Origin: Hemiscyllium ocellatum
Taxonomy: Eukaryota
Length of the DNA: 64,000 nt
Reading direction: 5' to 3'
NCBI RefSeq assembly: GCF_020745735.1
Contig: NW_026869034.1
Span: 124,001-188,000 of the forward strand
Below the pieces are notes generated by a model. It ran no database searches, was not told the origin of the DNA, and saw only the letters and a program-made list of their open reading frames with translations. The translations under genes were made by a program, and so were the position numbers. The first letter of the stretch is position 1, and the number at the start of each line of letters is the position of its first letter. Below are positions 38,466 through 51,105 of the stretch, one piece after another.

Positions 38466-38611
38466 AACAAAAACTTCCAGCTCCGCGAACAGAACCACAA
38501 CAACGAGCACCCGAGCTACAAATCTTCGCACAAACATTCAATAATATATAAGAGCTGACTGCATTTGTTATTAAATTCGTCAGATAATTTATTCATATAT
38601 ATTTCCTTAAG

Positions 38612-38922
38612 GTCCAGATGTTTTCCCTCCAACTCTTCTCCTGACTGTGAGTCCCAATGAAGAAATCACAAGCAACAAGTATGCCACTCACGTCTGTTAA
38701 TATTCGATTTCTATCCAAAGTCAACCTCAGTGATTTGGTTGAAAGATGGCCTACCTTTGGATTCTGGCTTCTTCACGTCTCCTGTGTGTGAAGCGAGCGG
38801 GAACTTTTCGGTGACGAGTCGCCTGATGATCCGTTATAGTGAATGGTTCGACAGCGCAGTCTATACCTTCCAGGTCACTCATGGAGAGAACACTCAAAGT
38901 AAAAATATCACCGCATTCCAGG
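38612..38922 (+). pseudogene. IgW: IgW CH2 exon with a 1-nt frameshift and loss of the second Cys
   Basis: Acceptor ccttaag|GT, donor CAGG|gtaaga. [28 protein letters not shown] (TAA 38698-38700). The shifted frame resumes [42 protein letters not shown]...YTFQVTH (C to F). Confidence 0.9.
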
Positions 38923-39329
38923 GTAAGAGGCACATACTAAGAGGGTTACAAATCATTTTGAACTCGCCTATGAATCAAACACACAGTTTTATCAGGCTTA
39001 GTAAACAAATCTGTACAGCTTCTCATTTCCCAAAGTGTCTTGTGCCTCGTATTTCTGTTTGAGTGTCGCATTAGCATTGCTCATAATTCATTATTTTAGC
39101 TCATCAGAAAAGCATGTTTCCTCTTTGTTGAAGACGAGTAGACAGTGAACTTTGTTAAATAGTTTTTTGGCTGACCATGCTGGGAGAGGCATTCAGAGTG
39201 CCGAGCCCTTGCCTGGTAGCGGCCAAAAGGATAATTTGTGGTCAGAGGTGTCTGAGAGGCATCTGATTGAAACCTGACAGTCCAAGTTAGAGTGAACGTG
39301 TAGTAGATGTTTTGACCAGTAGGCGATGG

Positions 39330-39605
39330 TAGGGTCCACGGGCACAGTCTCAAAGTCGAAGGGAGCACCATTTGATACTAAGATGGGGAGGAATTTCCTC
39401 TTCCAGAGGGTGATTAATCTATGGAGCGAATTGCTGCAGAGTGCTGTGGAGCGCAGGCCATTGTCAGTCTTGAAACAGAGATGGATCAGCTCTTGCTTAG
39501 TACGGGGAGAAGGCGGGAGAATGGGATTGAGAAACATATCAGCCATAATTGAATGGTGAAGAAGACTTGATTGACCGAATAGTCTCATTGTGATCATCTA
39601 TCTTA
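39330..39605 (+). mobile_element. CR1-type LINE 3' end
   Basis: TKMGRNFLFQRVINLWSELLQSAVE...LKQRW followed by a typical 3' UTR. Confidence 0.7.
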
Positions 39606-40839
39606 TATTTTGTGGTCTCAAAGTGACATGGTAAAAATATGCAGTAAACCTTACTTGCAAACAAATGAAAACGTTCAATACTTCATTTCATGCTCAAGAA
39701 TGACGTATTGCCTTGTTCATTGTACGACACAGACTTTTATTTTATATCTGGTACTAAGCTATTCGACTTCATTTATGGGATGTGACCACAGAACAAGTGG
39801 GTTTCACATTTGATTAACTAGGATAAACGCAATCTCACTGAACTTCTTATAGATGTTCTCTGTAATTAGCGAATGAGGCAGGAAAATAAATTCTGGTGGG
39901 AATGCTCAATAGGGATGAATGAACTAGGAATTAGAGCCAGGCTGATTCAGTCTGATTTGGCATGGAAATGTTTACATAATGAATATAAATCTGAATAAAA
40001 CTAGTGCAAATTTCCATCGAGTTTGTAGATTAATTTAAGAAGTTTCTGCTTGTTTTTTTTTCAATGAATAAAGTAAAAAATGCAGCCTGGTAATTAAAGT
40101 GAATCTACAGACCTGTCATTAACTCTTTGAATGGAAGGAAAGACTTGAGGGGATGGGTGTTCTTCACGATGTCTGGTGCTGTACTCAGTGCCTTGTTTTC
40201 AGGTTAACTCCAAATTCAACCCACAAGGAATAATGACATAATTTAGAGAATTGTCTCACACCAATATTGCCAAGTATTTTCAATCACGTTAAATATAATG
40301 ATCAGAATTTCCAAGGCCATTCACCGTTCCAGTAACACTTTAAAACCTCTGCAAATGCATGAAGACAAAGAGAATAATTATGTTGAAACACAATTTGTCC
40401 GAAATTCGATAACTGATTTGGCAATTAGTGTGACCAGCAGCATTTGCACGTAACGTTCATGGACATAGAAATGAACTCATTACATACAGATTACTCTTGT
40501 CCCAAGTATCAATAGATGGTGTTAAGTAAGAGACCAACTCTGAAAGAAAGATAACTCCGGGAATTACATTATGGTATCTTCGATGATTTTACTTTTTTCT
40601 CAGGTTTCACTTTTTACAAAGCCAGTGTTCTTTAGGAATTATTACACAGATTACGTTATAGGTAATCACGAATTCTTTCACAGATCAAAATATATGAACA
40701 ATAGTAAGTATCGTTTCAGCAAGAGTTAGAAGTTGCCATTTCGAAGGTGGTTACTTCACCTTGTGACGACATAACCTGAAGAGTGGGTGTACTGAATCTG
40801 AAGAGGCATTTTACATTGACTTTGATTGCTGTTTCATAG

Positions 40840-41148
40840 GAGATACTGTGCGCCACGATTACACAGTTAAAATCCTCCCGCCACCAGTAGAACAGGTCTT
40901 GCTGGAGGCGACGGTGACTTTAAGCTGCCTTGTGTCCAATCTTCCTTCTGGAGTCAACGTCACCAGGATACAAGAAAAGAAGCCTCTGAAATTAGAAATT
41001 GCTGACCAGTCTGGACAGAATCCTGGCAGTGCGATTAGCAAATTAGAAATTTCGACTGAAGCCTGGCTGAGTGGCATTACTTTTGAATGTGTGGTGTACC
41101 ATCAGAATCTACCAACTCCGTTGAGAGACTCCATCCACAAGAAGAAAG
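40840..41148 (+). CDS. IgW: IgW CH5-like exon, copy B (Trp to Arg)
   Basis: Same as 1101-1409 except EQVLL instead of EQILL; AG/GT boundaries intact. Confidence 0.88.
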
Positions 41149-41605
41149 GTGAGCGGTGGGATTAAAGCACAAAGAATTCCGTGTGTAATTGAGATCCAGG
41201 CACATCAATGGTAAGCTTTGATTGGTAATGAGCAAACACTGTTGGGAGCATAAATCATGCACTTGATAGCAGAAAAGCTAAGTATCTGATTAAGAAAGAG
41301 ACAGACCAAAGGCTATTCTATTCCGATTAAATCAGATAAGGTGGGAAGGAACCTAGGTTGTTACGTCACCATCAGCGATGACACATGGACAGAATGTCCT
41401 TGTTGTGGGCTGGAAACATGGACACGACTTTCAAATTAAACTTTTTACATCTTTTATTGAACATAATGTCTACCACTCTGCTCCTATTAGAAAATGAATG
41501 TGAATAAATCGCAAATTAAGAATGGCATATTTTAATATTTAGTGAAATCGTGATATTGATTTTGGTTTTTATAGTTGATTTATATTTGTCTCAAATATTT
41601 TGCAG

Positions 41606-41997
41606 TGATTAATGCACTGGAGCCATCAGTGTCTGTGCTCCTGCCACCAACAGAAGAAACCTCCGCTCAGAGGTTTCTCTCCCTCACCTGTTTAGTGAGG
41701 GGTTTCTTCCCCCGAGACATCATCGTCAAGTGGACAAACAATGACAAGCCGGTGAATCCCAGTAACTACAAGAACACCGAGGAGATGGTGGAGAGCAACA
41801 ACACCTCCTTCTTCATCTACAGCCTGTTATCCATTACTGCGGAGGAGTGGGCCAGCTGTACTTCTTACTCCTGTGTGGTGGGACATGAAGCGATTCCATT
41901 GAAGATCATCAACAGAACAGTCGATAAGTCGAGTGGTAAAACAAGTTTTGTAAACATTTCACTTGCACTGATGGACACTGTTAATTCATGTCAATAA
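41606..41997 (+). CDS. IgW: IgW CH6-like exon plus secretory tail, copy B
   Basis: Open frame to ...[14 protein letters not shown]. Internal donor after 41935. Extra Cys (WASCTSYSC). Confidence 0.93.
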
Positions 41998-44464
41998 AAA
42001 TCTCAACGTTGATTCAATAATTCAACAAAAGTAATAAAGCATTTTTTTTTCGTCCAGTTGTGAGCTAAATATACAACTGCTGAATGAATTGATTCTCATT
42101 CTTACCTCTATTCCATCTGTGCAGTTTAAATGAGATGAGATTCCCTTCAGTGTGGAAACAGGCCCTACGGCCCAACAAGTCCACACTGACCTTCCGAAGA
42201 GCAACGCACACAGAACCATTCCCCTTCATTTACCCCTGACTAATGAAATCAATACTACGGGCAATTTAGCATGGCTAATTCACATAACGTGCACATCTTT
42301 GGACCGTGGGAGGAAACTGGGGCACCCAAAAGAAACCCACGCAGATGCGCGGACAATGCACAAACTCCACAAAGTTAAATTGGATCTTTAACAGGTCTGG
42401 GAAGCGTGTCTTGTGCAGTTATGTTCCCTGCTCCGATACACCCTGGGTGAGAGACTGAGTAAAGCTCACTCATTGCACGATTCCGCCAAGTACCTCATCC
42501 ATCCTAAATCCCAATGTGATGGAATCTGACAATGTCCATTCTACATCAAGGGGAGAACACAAGTTTTGATCTTGGTGTTCCTGATTCCCCGATTGGCCAT
42601 TCTTACAAAATTCACGTTTCCTACAAAACAAGGTCGATGTTATGTTATCGTGGGCAATCAGTTAAAATTAGAACCATCAACTTAGAATAATAAAAATTGC
42701 AGTTTGGTATAAGAGCAGAAGCACACACAGATACAGAGAGATGCTCACAAATACACACGTAAAGACATTTATACAGACTCTCACATAAACATAAATAGTT
42801 ATGCACATCCACTCAGATGTGCATATAGATAAGACATCACATACGCGTACACGCACAGAACCACACATGCAAATGGTACTTGAACATTCATCTGAGCTTT
42901 TCCAAAAACTCACATACACCGAAAGAAAAGCTCATACAGAAATAAACAGGGGTACTTATACATAACCATGGAAAACATAGACACACGGTAACACATAAAT
43001 GGACACAAATTGTTATGCATTCATGCAGCACAGTGCATTCCTGAAGAAGGGCTTATGCCCGAAACGAAGATTATCCTGCTCCTTGGATGCTGCCTGACCT
43101 GCTGAGCTTTTCCAGCAACACATTTTTTCAGCTCTGATGTCCAGCATCTGCAGTCCTCACTTTTTCCTAGCACAACGCATTCAGGCATACATGCATGAAC
43201 ACAGATATAACATACCAAAAATGCCCTCCTGCATGTCGACACACACAGGCACGTAAGTGCACAGAGAAAACGTAAATTTCATTATTTTCCTATTTTTCAT
43301 TATCACAAACATATGATGACAGAGGCAGCTTTTTTTTATATTTAAGCCACGTTGATCAGCACGTATACGCGGTCACATGCACACACAAATTCAGAGTCTC
43401 ACATGCAGACACGCAAGTGCACAGATCAACAAAAAGTGGGGCATTTATTAAACAAGGATAATGGCACAAGCATCAGCAAGCATCCACACACAATAACGCA
43501 AACAAGCTTATCAGGATATGATTTAGGATAGATTGCCACACAAGCAGACATCATCACATAAATATAAACATCCATCAAAACATGATTTTATATGCTAACA
43601 CTTATTAAGCATAAACATGAAAATAAACTAGTGAAGCGAGAATCTGAAATTGATACATGAACACACATTTTAGATAGCACTAACGAATAATGAACAATCA
43701 CAGGGACATTATGAGATAAACATAGGCATCAGTGAAATGGCATATTTGCATAAAGATGCTTATGCACTGTGAATTGAACAAAACTTACGTGCACAAACGC
43801 ATGAACACACCAGCAATAAAGGAGCATGAATATGTTTATTCGTGCACAGACTCAAACATGGGTAAGAATGAAGTCAGAGTAAATCATAACTACATGCAGA
43901 AACATTAAATGAAAACCATACACATCAAGCAGTAGATCAAATAAATTAAAGGATACATGCACAAAAACATATTCCTTAAAATAGAGACCCTACAAACAAA
44001 AATATGAAGCAAAGTTGTAATTGTGAATGCAACGTATATTCATAATCTGCCAAGCAATTTCTCACCAATAAATAAAAATGAGAATCACATTTGAACTTTT
44101 ATGCAATGATGGCTACGATTTTCAACTAAACTGCGGTCACAAACTATAATTAAAATATCATGACATAATTAAAATACTCATTCCTAATAAGCGTTCCTCA
44201 AATAATAATATCCTTCAATAATAGATGAAAAGAAAAAGTAATTTAAAATGTTGCTACAGACAGCGCAGAAGGAACATGTGCATTTATTTTTTGCAAGTTC
44301 TTGCCAAGAGTGAATAATGCACTAAGAAATTCAAATAGTCACAATTGAGAAACATCTGCCTGTTTATGAAGATGCAATGGTCTCTAGTTTCTGACTTGGA
44401 TATGGATAGATCGGACTGGATCCATAAACATTTTAAATGCGTTCTCTCGGATTTATATTCATAG

Positions 44465-44592
44465 ATTCAATGAATTACACTTGGATTGAAGACTATGAGG
44501 ATGATAATGGCAACATCTGGACAACTGCTTCCACGTTCACCACCTTGTTCTTCCTGAGTATTTTCTACAGCGCTGCTGTCACTCTGGTGAAG
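44465..44592 (+). CDS. IgW: IgW TM1 exon, copy B
   Basis: DSMNYTWIEDYEDDNGNIWTTASTFTTLFFLSIFYSAAVTLVK; AG/GT boundaries. Confidence 0.93.
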
Positions 44593-44730
44593 GTGAGAAT
44601 AATCACATCTTTCACACGCCAAGAAGCCCAATACGTTTTGTAAAATCTCTAAGTGTACCATTAAATTTAAAAAAATATGAATGCCCCTGATCATAAATAT
44701 CTGCGTCATTGCTTTATCTCTCTTTTCCAG

Positions 44731-44739
44731 GTTAAGTGA
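44731..44739 (+). CDS. IgW: TM2 exon (VK-stop), copy B
   Basis: tcttttccag|GTT AAG TGA. Confidence 0.85.
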   Translation, partial: VK

Positions 44740-47700
44740 ATGAGTTGTGGACCCCTTTGCTTTTGCTGATCTGCTTATCAAGGTCTATGAATTCCCAATC
44801 TCTAACCTGTCTTGTTGCTGACTCTAACAGTGTGATCATTTCAGCTTCTCAGCGTGTGACTGAAACAATTAATCATGGATTTTCCTTTTTACTTTGGTAT
44901 CGTCGAGATGATTGTAGTTGAAAAAAATTGTAGCTGCCCAGTTGTTTAAAACCCATTTGTTTTTTCTTTGAATTTGTTCCTCATTCAGAATGGTTGCCTA
45001 CCCTTTATGATGAGCTATTGTATTCCTTTTCTGTTGACAGTTACGGATGTACAGAAACTCACAGCTCCGAGTGCACACGATCTCATCTCAATGTGGCATC
45101 CAGCCATTGTATTCACGTCTGTTAACTTTAATATTAAAGTTTGAATAAATTGCTTTCTGAAATGGTTAATAAATCTCGAATAAATGTGCACTAACCATTA
45201 GTTTGCTTAATTCTTTCTTCAAGTCTAATCAGTAATAATACATTTTCTTACGTCCCTCTTGTTTTCCAGCTAAATACTTTCACTTGTTCTGTTTGCTTGT
45301 GTTTCATCCAGTCATTGAGGTTAATGCTGGGCTACCATGCAGCCCTCTAATGTAAATGCATCTTCCACACGATATGCCTGATGGAACACTCCAGAAGCAG
45401 AATGACCCGAGAACATTTCCTCTTATGCACAAAGGGTTACGGCCTCGGGTCACATAATGATAAAAATGAGGAGCTTCACTCCACCTAAGCAGATAAAAGG
45501 CAGGCAACGGAGTTTGAAAGTTTACTCTGCTCTGTCTAAACTAAAAGTACTCCCAACGTCGGGACAGTCTGAGTTAGTAATGCACAATTAACCAGCTAAA
45601 GTGCCCAACAAAATATTCATCAGCCAAAAATGTCAACGTTCAGTCAGGTATTCAGGCACAACACATGTATAATCCAAGGGCAGATTCTCAGAACTGGAGT
45701 TTGTCTTACAAATAAAACTCATGGAGCATAATTTCTGGGATCTATTTGACAAACACCTGTCAAATCCAAGGAAATCAGACTGAGATCTATCAGATACACG
45801 AATATTATTGAAAAGCAACACTCAAAAATAATAAATCAGAGGTCGATGTCGATCAGGCAAGGCACAGCTCAAAAGTACTGGAAATATTCAGCTTTTTGGA
45901 TCTATGTGACGCAAGATAGAACTGAGAACCAATCATAGCAACTATTCACAGCGTCTGGAATCTATCAGCAGAGGTGAACAGTCCCAATTTCTCAGAGTCG
46001 GCGAGGTACATCATCCCGGGAACAGTGTTGTGAATCAGTCATGCATCCTATCTCATAACTTTACATTTTTCCCAAAATGTGGCTTCTGAAACGAGATGCA
46101 ATATTCCAGGTGAGACAAGCGACTGTTTTATTTCAGTTTAACATAATTGCTTTGCGTTTGTTCGGTACAGAGTACTTGAAGCAAGGTTTCTTTGCTTTTC
46201 TGTTCACATGTCATGGTTCATTCTCTGATTTGTGCACATATACATGGAGGACCCTGTGTTCCTGCACCCCTTTGGGTTTACACCCTTATTATTGTATATT
46301 CCACTGAGTTCATCACAAAGTACAGAGGCATGTCACACACCCCTGACACTGAGATCTATCTGGCACACCAATATTAATGAATAAGAATCCTCAAAATTAT
46401 AAATCACAGATTGATTTCGATCAGGAAAGGCAGAGATCAGACGTACTGGAAAATCTGCTGTTCTCCATGTCATTTCCCACAAACCCTCTGCAAAACGTTG
46501 AAGCTCTGAGTTGTTCTTCCAATATCCTAACATTTTACCTTAAATTGCTATTAATATTTTCTGTAATTTTGCCTTATTGATCAAAGCACAGGTTAAAACT
46601 GCAAGCACTCCAAATACTGAATTCCGAGAGCGTACACGATACGGCGACCTATATTCTGAAACGGCAAACACCCGTTAACAAAGGGCTGACAAGTAAAAAA
46701 CAGCAGGTGATATGAATTTGAAATAATCAAAATGTATGGAAAATAGTCTGAAGGTACAACGGTGTGAGCAAGACCTTAGCAGTCAAAATGGAGTTCGTTT
46801 TTTCTAAAAATAAATGTTACTTATATCCATAACTTACCTTCCACACAATGTTACTTTTTATTTCCCATCACCAAGTCACCTATAGTATTTTTATTTTCAG
46901 CTACTAACCATCATCAGTAAATTGAATAATTTATGTTCAAAGCCCCTCAAAGACAACTGACACCATCAAAGGTACGGCAGAAGTAGGAAGACCTAAAAGG
47001 AGATTGGAGTCATTTTTTCTTGTGGTGAAATACTAGTGCTGTTCTCACAGAAGGTATTTCTGAGGGATGGTCCAGTAAAGCTATGTTGGTGGAACTCAAA
47101 TAAGAAGAGCATGATTATGTTGAGGCAATTGTAATAGTCTCCCCAGTAGTCAGAGTGAAATTAAGTAATAAATATTTTGAGAGATCTAATTTGTACCTAA
47201 GACTAATAGGGTTGTAATAATAGTAAATTTTAACCTTCCAACCATAAAGCGGGACAGTCATGGTCTTAAGAGTTTGAGTGATGAGGAATTTGTTCAGTGT
47301 TGAAGGAATTCTTTTCATTAATATGCAAAAGAAGCTACCGCAGAAGGAGCAAATCTGTTCTCCTCTTGTGAAATAAAGCAGGGCAAGTGACTGAATGGTT
47401 AGTAGGGGAGCAGTTTGGGCAAGGGGTCATAATTCGATTAGTTGCAAAGTACCTATGGAAAGGGTTGGCATTATATACAAGTTAAAGTTCTGAATTAGAC
47501 GAGGGAAAATTTTGACAGCATAAGACAAAAACTTTCAAAGATTGATTGGAGTAGACTGTATGCAGCTGGAGGGAAGGCCAGCAAAAGCGAGGCTTTCAGA
47601 TGTGAGATAACGAGACTTCAGAGGCATGATATTCCTGTTAGAGTGAAGGTAAGGCTAGGAAGAGGAGGGAACAATGGAGGAATAAAGATATTGAGGCTCT

Positions 47701-50111
47701 GTTTAAGAATAAGGACAAATCATATATTAGATATAGATAAATGAGATGAAGTGAATCTCGAAGAGTACACGAGGTGCCCGGACGTTCTAAAAAGGGGAAT
47801 GAGGAGGGCAGGAAAGAAAAAAATGAGATAACTTTGGTAGATAATGTTAAAGATAATCCAAAGAGATTCTACTCGTACATTAAGAGCAAAGGAGTAGTGT
47901 TATGGAGTCATAGAGATGCACAACATGGAAACATTCCCTTTGGTCTCATTTTCCCATGCTGACCAGATATCCTCATGTAATCCCATTTGCCAATACCTGG
48001 CCCACATCCCTCTCGACCCTTCCTATTCATATACATACTAAGACGCCTTTTAAATGTTGAAATTGAACCAGCGTTAACCACTTTCTCTGGCAGTTCATTC
48101 CATACACACACCATCCTCTGCATGAAATGGAAAACAGCAATTGCAGTCCGGATAATCTCACTATATCATTTGTGAAAAAATAGTTCCCTGCTTTGACCTT
48201 GCAGTTAATAGAGCCTATTAATTAGTCCTGTGCTTGTAATAATTCTCCTTTATCTGTCATTCTACATTTATTTGCTATAGTTATCATGTAGATTACTGCA
48301 CCTCTCCAAGTGTTTCACCAAAAATTCAAATCAAACAAAATAAAACTGGAAATTAAATATTGTCTCTAATTATTAAAAAAAGCAATTCAATGACACCAAA
48401 TTGGAAGAGGAATGTTGAAAGATAGTCAACTCTGAGGACTACAAACGTTGCAAGAGATTATTAATTAATTTACTGCATGGTCAAAAAATTAGCAAATGAA
48501 GATCCACACAGATAAACGTAAGGTGTTACACCTTGGTCGGAATAGTGTACAGGTCACATATTCAAAAATGCGTATTTAAGTGTGGGAGACAAACAATGGG
48601 ATCTCAGACAATTACATCCGTCACTAACCATTTCATCACAGATTCTGAAGGGTATAAAAATGCAAACAAAGCACTGAGCCTTATCTCTAAAGGGGTAGAT
48701 TTGAAAGTAGAGTCCCTATAAAAATTTGATTGACTATAATTAAGAGTATTGCCTGCAGCTCCAATTGACATATTATAGAATGTGCGAGAGAGAGTGAGGA
48801 GAAGATTTATAAGAATGATAAACAAATTTCTGACTGTGTATATCAGGGAAGAATTGTGCTGTTCACTTCTCTCTTGAAAAGAAGGCTGACAGTTCTGAAA
48901 TTATGAAAGGTTTTGAAAAGAAAAGGTACAGATAAAACGTTTCTCAATGGGGTGGAACATAGCTAGAGGCTGACAATGGAAGTCAGTAACTCAAGAAATC
49001 CAAAAGGGAATTCAGAGGAAACATCTTCACTGATAGAATGATGAGAACGGGGAATATGTGATCAGCCAGAATAGTTGAAATTAATAGTTTAGATGTATTT
49101 CAAGGAGAGCACTTACAATGGATGAGAGTAGAGAATTACAATGGGCGACTTACAAGAAAAAAGATGTGAAACAGCTTGAGTGGAACATAAACACTGGCAT
49201 GAACTGATTGCGCAAAATGGTCTGTATCTCCTCTGTAATTCTATGTAGAAAAACACAGTTGTATGAAAAAATCAGATCATTAAGATCATCTAGAGGAATT
49301 ATAAAATTTCTCACAATAAAGTCTCAAGCATTCAGCACTGAATATAAATGATTTTATCACATGCCCACCCTTCACTATTTGCTTGATATCACTGAAACAG
49401 CAGCAATCACAATAATCTTATTCGGATTAGGAGTAACCCATTGTCCATGCACCAATTGGGGGATTTTAATGACTCATTAATGGCCTCATTGGATGTCCCA
49501 ACCTGGTTCTGGAAATGTTCAGTACACTCAAGCCCTCACAACTTCTTTCACTCACCTACTTTGATTTCCAGTTCCTGTATTGATCGCCACCATGGACAAG
49601 TGACTGTTCCAGTATGCAGGTGGGATACCCTGTTGTGAGTCGTGAGGTACTTCTTTAGGAGGGACATCGAGCAAGCGTGCCTCTAGAATGCAGGAGGAGG
49701 TCTACCACACAATGGAGGACCCGTCTGCTGCTAATAAACTGCCAGAATTGGCGGGAATTGACTCTACATTGACTACCTGCATAGCCATCCATTCCTTAAT
49801 TTGGGATCAATAAAATACTACGGACGTGGAAATAAAAGAGTCACTGAAACTTCTTCCTTACCTGGTCATCTTCCACCGTATTATACACCTATTCCCCTTG
49901 CAGCCTGTCCCTAAAGGACTGATAGAACCCAGTTCCAATCCAATATTCCAGCACAAGAAGGGCTGGCAAACTGGTCAAAATTGATAAAGCTCAACATAGA
50001 GCAATCGTGACCTGTCAAATTCCAAAATGTTACTTGAGATGAGTTCACCAAAATGACGGAAGTACAGAAACAGGAGACGTTTGTTGTTATGTCTCAGAAG
50101 AGTTAGGACTA

Positions 50112-51105
50112 ATGACCAGAAACACGAAACAGACATTTCTGCCCCATCCAAGCGGACCCAACTACAGGGATATATTTCCCTCCCTATCCCTTTCTGTCTT
50201 CTGCAAAGAACATTCCCTCCGTGATTATCTGGTCAGGTCCACGAACCCAACAACCCACCCTCCTGTCCTGACACCTTCCCTTGCCACCGCAGGGATTGCA
50301 AAACCTGCGCCCACACCTCCTCCCTCACCTCTATCCAAGACCCCAAAGGAGCCTACCACATCCATCAAAGTATTACCTGCGCATCCATCAATATCATTTG
50401 CACCCAATGCGTTCTGCTCTACATCAGGGAGACTGGACACCACTGAGCAGAGACCTTTAGAGAACATCTCTGGGAGATCCACACCAATCAACAACACCAC
50501 CCTGTAGCCCAACATTTCAACTCCCCCTCCCACTCAGCCGTGGACATGGAGGTCCTGGGCTTCTTCACCGCCTCTCCCTCACCACAAAACGCCTGGAGGG
50601 AGAATGCCTCATCTTCTGCCTCTGAACAATTCAAACCCAGGGCATCAATATGGACTGCACCAGTTGTCCCATTTCTCCATTCCCCACCTCACTACCGTTC
50701 CAAACTTCCCCATAACACTGTCCCCATAACTTGTCCTACTTTCCTGTCTTCCTTTCCATCTCTCCACTCCACCCTCCTCTCTGACCTATCACCTTCATCC
50801 CAGCCCTATTCACCGATTGTGCACTTTGCTACCTTCTCCACTCCACCCTCCTCCTGACCTATCATCTCCATCCCAACTCCCATTCACCCATTGTACTCCA
50901 TGCTACTTTCTCCCCAGCCCCACCCTCCTCTCATTTATCTCTCCACCATGCAGGCACTCTGCCTCTATTCCTGATGAAGGGCTTTTGCCTGAAACTTCGA
51001 TTTTCCTGCTCCTCGAATGCTGCCTGAACTGCTGCGCTTTTCCGGGACCATCTAATCTAGAATCTGGTTTCCAGCACGTGCAGTCCTTGTTTTTACCTTT
51101 TTCTT
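50112..51105 (+). mobile_element. Penelope-like element 3' fragment (GIY-YIG remnant, C-rich 3' region, hammerhead-like tail)
   Basis: Frameshifted CTQCVLLYIRETG...FREHL...VAQHFNSPSHSAVDMEVLG; tail CCTGATGAAGGGCTTTTGCCTGAAACTTCG at about 50971. Confidence 0.82.

Larger units (their letters stand above)
36641..38540 (+). mobile_element. Penelope-like element (RT + GIY-YIG), 5'-truncated with an inverted 3' arm, flanked by a 13-bp TSD
   Basis: Plus strand 37314-38103 encodes GTPMGSPISG...WVRYVDDTF and VVYKIPCKDC..HYIGQTGR. 36641-37313 is an inverted copy of about 37823-38493. ATAATATATAAGA occurs at 36628-36640 and 38541-38553. Confidence 0.93.
39740..48613 (+). repeat. Copy B of the near-identical duplicated segment
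   Basis: Matches 1-8877 at offset 39739 and continues into unique sequence after 48613. Confidence 0.97.

Noticed and set aside
8891-39739. Whole cluster as a simple 39.7 kb tandem repeat unit
   Set aside because: Sequence after 48613 does not match the sequence after the gap at 8891, and the true gap size or overlap is unknown.
40190-40665. Two acceptor-like sites (ttttcag|G at about 40201, ttttctcag|G at about 40602) as hidden tail or C exons
   Set aside because: In the CH2 phase they reach stops immediately or after about 10 codons, and show no Ig or tail motif.
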